A stretch of DNA of 64,000 nucleotides from Candidatus Omnitrophota bacterium (GTDB lineage: Bacteria > Omnitrophota > Gorgyraeia > Zapsychrales > Zapsychraceae): the NCBI GenBank assembly GCA_015233115.1, contig JADFYJ010000002.1, positions 111,216 to 175,215 on the forward strand. The letters run 5' to 3'. Below, piece by piece: positions 58,635 to 64,000 of the stretch; the first letter of the stretch is position 1; the number at the start of each line of letters is the position of its first letter. Below the pieces are notes generated by a model that was not told the DNA's origin, searched no databases, and saw only the letters and a list, made by a program, of their open reading frames with translations. Position numbers and translations under genes: made by a program.

Positions 58635-58721
58635 GGGTTATAATAGTAATTCTTATAGAAGTTAAGTTTTATTTGATTTTTAAAAATGGTTATGTTAATT
58701 TAACCAACTGTTTATAAAGAC

Positions 58722-58892
58722 AGTATGTAGTACGTGGTATGTCGTATGTAGCAAATTTAAAAAAGTAATAAACAAAAAATGAATTTTGAAATAAAAAAAG
58801 TTTATTTAGTTTTGTTTTAATTTTCAACGCTTTTTGCTTTCTTAAATTTGTTATTTACTTTACTACATACTACATACCACATACTACATACT
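58722..58892. repeat. class A heptamer-arm element upstream of pfk
   Basis: AGTATGTAGTACGTGGTATGTCGTATGTAG ... AACGCTTTTT ... TACTACATACTACATACCACATACTACATACT. Confidence 0.9.
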
Positions 58893-58914
58893 TTTTTTTA
58901 CGAGAGGAGTAAAC

Positions 58915-60126
58915 ATGAAAAAGATCGGTGTTATTACCAGCGGCGGCGACTGCGGCGGTTTAAACGCGGTTATCAAAGGCGCGGCACAAATGGCTAAAGC
59001 CATGGGCGGCTCCTGCTATGTTATCCCTAACGGATACGCGGGACTCTATAATTTAGTAGAATTTGATTCTTTAGTTGAGCTGACCCTCGACCGCGTGGAT
59101 TTGGTTAATGCCAATGCCGCAGGTTCAGAAGCCGGACATTCCCGGGTCAAAGTCAAAAAAATTGATGATCCAGCCAAATATGACCGCATTAAACAAGGCA
59201 TGAAAAAATTTGATTTGGAAGGTTTAGTCATCAGCGGCGGAGACGATTCAGGAAGCGTTATGGTTGACCTTTCAGAAAATGGAATTAAATGCATCCACGC
59301 GCCTAAAACAATGGATCTGGATCTCCAGACTTATTCCGTTGGATTTGATTCAACCGTCAACCGCATTGCTTCATTCGCGGAAGATTTAAAAACCACCGGA
59401 CGCACTCATAACCGAATTATGGTCATGGAAGTATTCGGCCGCTATGCCGGTCATACCGCATTCCGCGCAGGTATTGCTTCGGATTCAGACGCGATCCTTA
59501 TCCCGGAAGTCCCGGTAGATTTTGACGCACTTTATGAGCACGCGAAAAAAACTTTCATAAACCGCGTTTTGACCAGTGATGTTCATGCCGGCACTTATAT
59601 GATTCTTGTCGCCGAAGGCCTTAAAAATGCCAATGGACAAGAATTATATGATGAAAGTTCAGGCATTGACGCGTTTGGGCACAAAAAATTAGCTGGCTCT
59701 GCCAAATACGTTCAACAACAAATTGAACAAAGAACGAAAAAAGATCCGGAAATCAAAGACTTCATGAAAAAAGCCAAGATGTTTGTTAAAGGCATTTATG
59801 AAGAACCTGAAGTCCGCACCGTTACTCCCGGCCACTTGGTTCGCTGTGGGAAATCTTCTGTTTACGACGTGAATTTCGGTAAAGAAGCCGGCGCTTCCGC
59901 CGTTGTGCTTTTAAACAAAGGTTTAACCGGATTTACCATTGTTGGTTTGCAAAATGGCAAAATCCAATATGTTCCTGCTAAAAAAGCGATTGAACAACGC
60001 TTTGTGGATCAAAAGTTAATATCCTTCTACGAACAATTAGGCATCAGTTTCGGCCGCAAACCTGTCAAATGCGAATTTACTGCAGAAGAAAAAGTCGGGC
60101 CGATTGCGAGATATTTGGAACTCTAA
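58915..60126 (+). CDS. pfkA: 6-phosphofructokinase, probably PPi-dependent
   Basis: TSGGDCGGLN, GGDDS, PKTMDLD and EVFGR motifs; GAGGAG RBS. Confidence 0.9.
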   Translation: MKKIGVITSGGDCGGLNAVIKGAAQMAKAMGGSCYVIPNGYAGLYNLVEFDSLVELTLDRVDLVNANAAGSEAGHSRVKVKKIDDPAKYDRIKQGMKKFDLEGLVISGGDDSGSVMVDLSENGIKCIHAPKTMDLDLQTYSVGFDSTVNRIASFAEDLKTTGRTHNRIMVMEVFGRYAGHTAFRAGIASDSDAILIPEVPVDFDALYEHAKKTFINRVLTSDVHAGTYMILVAEGLKNANGQELYDESSGIDAFGHKKLAGSAKYVQQQIEQRTKKDPEIKDFMKKAKMFVKGIYEEPEVRTVTPGHLVRCGKSSVYDVNFGKEAGASAVVLLNKGLTGFTIVGLQNGKIQYVPAKKAIEQRFVDQKLISFYEQLGISFGRKPVKCEFTAEEKVGPIARYLEL

Positions 60127-60170
60127 AAACAGCATGTAGCATGTAAAATAAATTACTTTTTTATTATTTA

Positions 60171-60200
60171 TGGATCCCCGATTTACACCTCGGGGATGAC
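60171..60200. repeat. GATGAC-ended palindromic repeat
   Basis: GGATCCCCGA-TTTACACC-TCGGGGATGAC; same end type as the GIY-YIG flanks. Confidence 0.6.
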
Positions 60201-60232
60201 ACCTAACAATATTTCGAAAAGTAAAAATCAAA

Positions 60233-61633
60233 ATGTTTTCATTTAACAAAAAAGTCGCTATCACTTTAATGCTGGGACTGCTTGCAGTCTCAGCATTTTT
60301 TATTCGGTGGGATAATTTTAAAAAAAGTCCCAATCGCAGTATCGACGAAATTGTATTCTTCCGGATGGCTGGGCAAGTCAGTCATAATTGGCAGGATTAT
60401 AATACCATCCCCTACGGCAAGGAACTTCAAGCATCAGGACGGGAACTGCCTGAATATTTTTTCCGGCCGCTTTACAAACATCCTCCCTTATTCACTTTTT
60501 TACTAGCCGGCATGATGAAACTTTTCGGAAACTCGCTAAATATCGCAGCCATTGTCCCTCTTTTACTGGGTGCTTTGCTGATTCCGCTCGTCTATTTGTT
60601 GGCTAATGCGATTTTCAATGACCGGCGTACTGCCTGTTTAGCGGCACTTTTCATGTGGTTTGATCCTGTATCGACAATTTGTTCCCAAAAAATCTGGATG
60701 GATGTACCGCTTTGCTTTTTTTCCCTGTTAGCCATTTATTTTTTCGTAAAAGCCCTTCAATCATCTAGTGTGGAAAAATGGCTTTTATTATCCGGCCTGA
60801 CGATCGGTTTAGCCATGAATATAAAATATACAGCGGTCTTAATTTTAGCCGCGCAATGGTTATATATCCTAATTTATCGTCCAGACTTGCGGTGCAGTAT
60901 AAAATTTTGGTTGTTAAATTTGCTCCCATTCATACTCCTTATCCCCTGGATGATCTGGAATTTAAAAATATATGGCCGCATCTCCACGCCCTTTTCCGAA
61001 GACGATTTTATGCATTTGTTTAAAACTTACGCTTTTAAATTATCCAGCTTGATTGTGATCATCAGCCTGATCATGGTCGGGATCCACAAACTAAAATCCA
61101 AATTCCCTTTTGTCCCTTCTCCAGCGTTTACCTCAAAATTAAACTGGATTGTTTACACCATACTCGCTGCGCTCTTGTCCTCAGCGTTCGTCAACACTTT
61201 TAATCTGTACCATATCCCTAAAAACACCTGGGCTGGCGGTCTTTTAGCGATGGAACCTTCCACCTTTTACTTCTCCCAGCTGATTGAATTTTCACCTCTT
61301 TATATTTTAAGTTTTATTTTGTTGTTTAAATTTGAAGCAACGCCTAAAACGCCCCTGATCAGCATCCTCAAACTCACACTCGCGCTTAGCTTTATTTTTT
61401 TCATCGTATGGGGAAATTTTCAATCACGTTATATTCTGAGCGCAGTGCCAGGCTTGATCATTTTATCGTCAGAACAATTCATCCGCTGGTGTGACGCAGT
61501 CAAGTCACAAAATAATTTACTCTTACGAAGTTTTATGCGGGCAAGTCTTTTACTGCTGATTTGTTTTATTATTCTCAAAACATCTTGGATTAATATTCAC
61601 TTGAGTTTTCCGAATAATATGTGTTATTTTTGA
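60233..61633 (+). CDS. GT-C fold (ArnT/PMT, GT39-like) membrane glycosyltransferase
   Basis: Periplasmic DE motif, KHPPL, multiple TM segments, RY near the C-terminus. Confidence 0.8.
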   Translation: MFSFNKKVAITLMLGLLAVSAFFIRWDNFKKSPNRSIDEIVFFRMAGQVSHNWQDYNTIPYGKELQASGRELPEYFFRPLYKHPPLFTFLLAGMMKLFGNSLNIAAIVPLLLGALLIPLVYLLANAIFNDRRTACLAALFMWFDPVSTICSQKIWMDVPLCFFSLLAIYFFVKALQSSSVEKWLLLSGLTIGLAMNIKYTAVLILAAQWLYILIYRPDLRCSIKFWLLNLLPFILLIPWMIWNLKIYGRISTPFSEDDFMHLFKTYAFKLSSLIVIISLIMVGIHKLKSKFPFVPSPAFTSKLNWIVYTILAALLSSAFVNTFNLYHIPKNTWAGGLLAMEPSTFYFSQLIEFSPLYILSFILLFKFEATPKTPLISILKLTLALSFIFFIVWGNFQSRYILSAVPGLIILSSEQFIRWCDAVKSQNNLLLRSFMRASLLLLICFIILKTSWINIHLSFPNNMCYF

Positions 61634-62733
61634 GCCTTTGGTCTGGAAGCTTCAGCAAATTGTTCAACATACCGGTCAGAAATTGAACCCCAACTATAAT
61701 TTTTCATAACAAAATTTTTTGCGGATATTCCCATGGCTAGGCGGCGGTCTGGATCTCGAAGCAATTTGACAACCGTATCAGCAAAAAGCTGATGATCGCG
61801 ATGATCAATAACTATTCCATTCTCTCCATTCTTCACCGCTTGTACGACGCCATCAACCTGAGTCGCCACCACCGCAGCACCGGCCGCGCAAGCTTCCAAA
61901 GCCACAATCCCAAAACCTTCCATGTCATCTCTGACCGGAACATTGGGCATAACAAAAATATCCGCGTTTTGGTAAATCGAAGATAAAAACGGACTTTCCA
62001 TAGGAATCTGGCCCAGCAAAAAAACATGGTGGTGCAACCGGTCATCCTGTTGAATAATATGAGCGATGTTATTTTTCAACGGGCCTTCACCTACAATTAA
62101 ATAAATAACATCATTGGTTTGTTGCAAAATTTTAGGAAAAATTTCTTTCACAAACACATCAATACCTTTTTTGGAAACTAAACGTCCGACCGACAAAAGT
62201 ATGAACTGGTTTCCAACTGGCTCACCCATCCGCGCCTCAATTTCCCGCAACGATTTTTCTAAAATCTGATTATTAAAATCAGCAAGATCAACTCCATTCG
62301 GAATAACAGAAATAATTTTTTCCGAAATGTTTCGCTTAAGGCATTCTTGTTTAAGGACTTCGCTCACACAAATAATTTTATCCATTCTTTTTAAAGCCCA
62401 ACAGATCACCCGCTGATAAACTCTTAATTCAAAAGCAATATCCCGGCCATGAATCGTTACCACAACCGACTTTCCCGTTATTTTTTTCAAAACATATCCT
62501 AAGGGACAAAGCAAGCCATCCGCCACATAAATACATTCGACAGATCGGTTCAAACATAAAAATATCGCTTTAAAAAACGCATACACAAGAAAAAAAGGTA
62601 AAATTAATTGACTTCCACCCCAAGCAATCAACTCTAAATTAAGTTTGCCGCGCAAATGCTCGGATAATTTTCCATTGAAACGCTGCATCCCCCCGACAGA
62701 AGGCGGAAATTTTCGAGTTATATATAAAATCAT
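61624..62733 (-). CDS. GT4 glycosyltransferase (PimB-like)
   Basis: FPPSVGGMQ, VGRLV.KKG and EGFGIVALEA motifs. Confidence 0.92.
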   Translation of the reverse strand: MILYITRKFPPSVGGMQRFNGKLSEHLRGKLNLELIAWGGSQLILPFFLVYAFFKAIFLCLNRSVECIYVADGLLCPLGYVLKKITGKSVVVTIHGRDIAFELRVYQRVICWALKRMDKIICVSEVLKQECLKRNISEKIISVIPNGVDLADFNNQILEKSLREIEARMGEPVGNQFILLSVGRLVSKKGIDVFVKEIFPKILQQTNDVIYLIVGEGPLKNNIAHIIQQDDRLHHHVFLLGQIPMESPFLSSIYQNADIFVMPNVPVRDDMEGFGIVALEACAAGAAVVATQVDGVVQAVKNGENGIVIDHRDHQLFADTVVKLLRDPDRRLAMGISAKNFVMKNYSWGSISDRYVEQFAEASRPKAQK

Positions 62734-63683
62734 AAACGTTGTTCCCTGCTTTTCCGATAAAATCCGGAAACCCTATCCACCATTTTAATAATTCCAATCA
62801 CGATCGCACTTAACCCTAAATTAAGAATACGAAATATGGCCGAAATTAAAACTCCTATTCCCCAGGAAAGACTTAACAATTTGGTAATTGTACCACACAA
62901 AATTTCAGCCAAGCCGACATTGCCCGGAACAATGTTGAGTGTGCGGCTTAATAAAAAAACCAATGTGAATATCCCTATTCCCATCCAAGACACCTGAATC
63001 GAAAACGCTGTAAAACATATGGCGATCTGAACAATCGACAATACTAATAAACAAAAATTAATAGCCACTATCTTCCAAAAACGCGGTTGATCCTGAAATT
63101 GGGCTTTGAGGCTGTCCCTAATCCGAAAAGAATAATTAATAATAGGTGATGATTTTTTATTTTCTGACTGGCGTATCCTAAAAAAAATAATGGGAATAAA
63201 CAAAAAAATGCCAACCACCGCCATCAAATAAACAATCACATGATCAGTCATCATAGGCTTAAAACAAAAAAAGATCAGCGGCAGCATGGTTAAAATGATC
63301 ATAACAGCGTCAAGCCAGGTAAAAAAAATCATAAAACCAATAAAAGAACTGACGGGAAAACCAAATTTGCTTTTTAAAATTGAGCTCCTATAAATCGTCC
63401 CTCCTTGAGAAATAAAAAATCCCACAAACTTTCCCGTGTAAAATATTTTGAACCATGCACTAAAGCGGATTAGCCGGGAATGGTCTCGAATAATCAAATA
63501 ACTTTTGAAGGCCGATAAAACATCAAAAATAAAAATAATCCCCAGCAAAGCCAATAAATGATAGCTGTGCCAGTGACTTATCAGGAACAATTCGTCTTGA
63601 TGCCTTTTAAAATAAACAATAATTAAAACAATGCTAAGAACAAAAAATGCCGCGCTCAGCACAGATTTAATTTTTTGCGTCAT
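62730..63683 (-). CDS. lysylphosphatidylglycerol-synthase-TM / flippase-like membrane protein
   Basis: Multi-TM, PGNVGLAE and A..FR motifs; lies among glycosyltransferases. Confidence 0.75.
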   Translation of the reverse strand: MTQKIKSVLSAAFFVLSIVLIIVYFKRHQDELFLISHWHSYHLLALLGIIFIFDVLSAFKSYLIIRDHSRLIRFSAWFKIFYTGKFVGFFISQGGTIYRSSILKSKFGFPVSSFIGFMIFFTWLDAVMIILTMLPLIFFCFKPMMTDHVIVYLMAVVGIFLFIPIIFFRIRQSENKKSSPIINYSFRIRDSLKAQFQDQPRFWKIVAINFCLLVLSIVQIAICFTAFSIQVSWMGIGIFTLVFLLSRTLNIVPGNVGLAEILCGTITKLLSLSWGIGVLISAIFRILNLGLSAIVIGIIKMVDRVSGFYRKSREQRL

Positions 63684-63999
63684 GCCCCGTCCTTGTCTGG
63701 TTTAAACCCGCAAATTCCATTTTTTTAATTCGCAATAAACAATCTTCAATCAAGGCCCGATTTGAAGCAATCAACTCCGCGACAATTCCTATAATAAATA
63801 ATTGCACGCCAATGAGAATCAAAACCGCGGCTAAAATCAAAGATTGTATTTTTCCTCCCCCCATTCCCATTAAATACCAAAATAAAAACCGGCATCCGAT
63901 CAAAAAACCAAAAAAACCCATCCAAAATCCGGACCAGCAAAATAGCCGAAACGGATTAAACATCGCGTACATCCGGATCAGCGTCTGTACCGAACGTTT
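63667..63999 (-). CDS. GT2 glycosyltransferase, C-terminal TM part (partial)
   Basis: Open to the window edge; P.R.F, G.IQSLILAAVL...G and G..AELI..NR pattern. Confidence 0.7.
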   Translation of the reverse strand, partial: KRSVQTLIRMYAMFNPFRLFCWSGFWMGFFGFLIGCRFLFWYLMGMGGGKIQSLILAAVLILIGVQLFIIGIVAELIASNRALIEDCLLRIKKMEFAGLNQTRTGHDAKN

Positions 64000-64000
64000 A

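Overview
AT-rich bacterial chromosome segment, most likely Candidatus Omnitrophota (PVC); this is inferred from the conserved termini of the large protein at 9091-13818 and was not tested by search. Housekeeping blocks: a complete argCJBDFGH operon, rplM-rpsI, fabG-acpP-fabF-leuB-asd-truA, folE-folB, ispG/ispH-murB, nifS with a split nifU, metX-metW, miaB, recN, a PPi-type phosphofructokinase and glycosyltransferases. Accessory content: (i) a secreted-looking scaffold protein carrying a degenerate PTS enzyme I cargo, inserted between truA and rplM; (ii) a divergent chaperone-usher-like pilus cluster facing a c-di-GMP-I riboswitch that has an unusual 48-nt double-hairpin insertion and controls a tiny protein resembling a lone pilin donor strand; (iii) an island with a repeat-flanked GIY-YIG gene, truncated RhuM, a decayed MazF-type TA pair, MarR with two operator boxes, and a cytochrome c maturation / multiheme cytochrome / porin / heme-MCP operon. 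Intergenic space holds several dispersed repeat families, most strikingly palindromic elements made of inverted 7-8-bp tandem-repeat arms around a shared AAAA(G/A)CGA(A/T)T core. No tRNA, rRNA, CRISPR array or integrase was seen.
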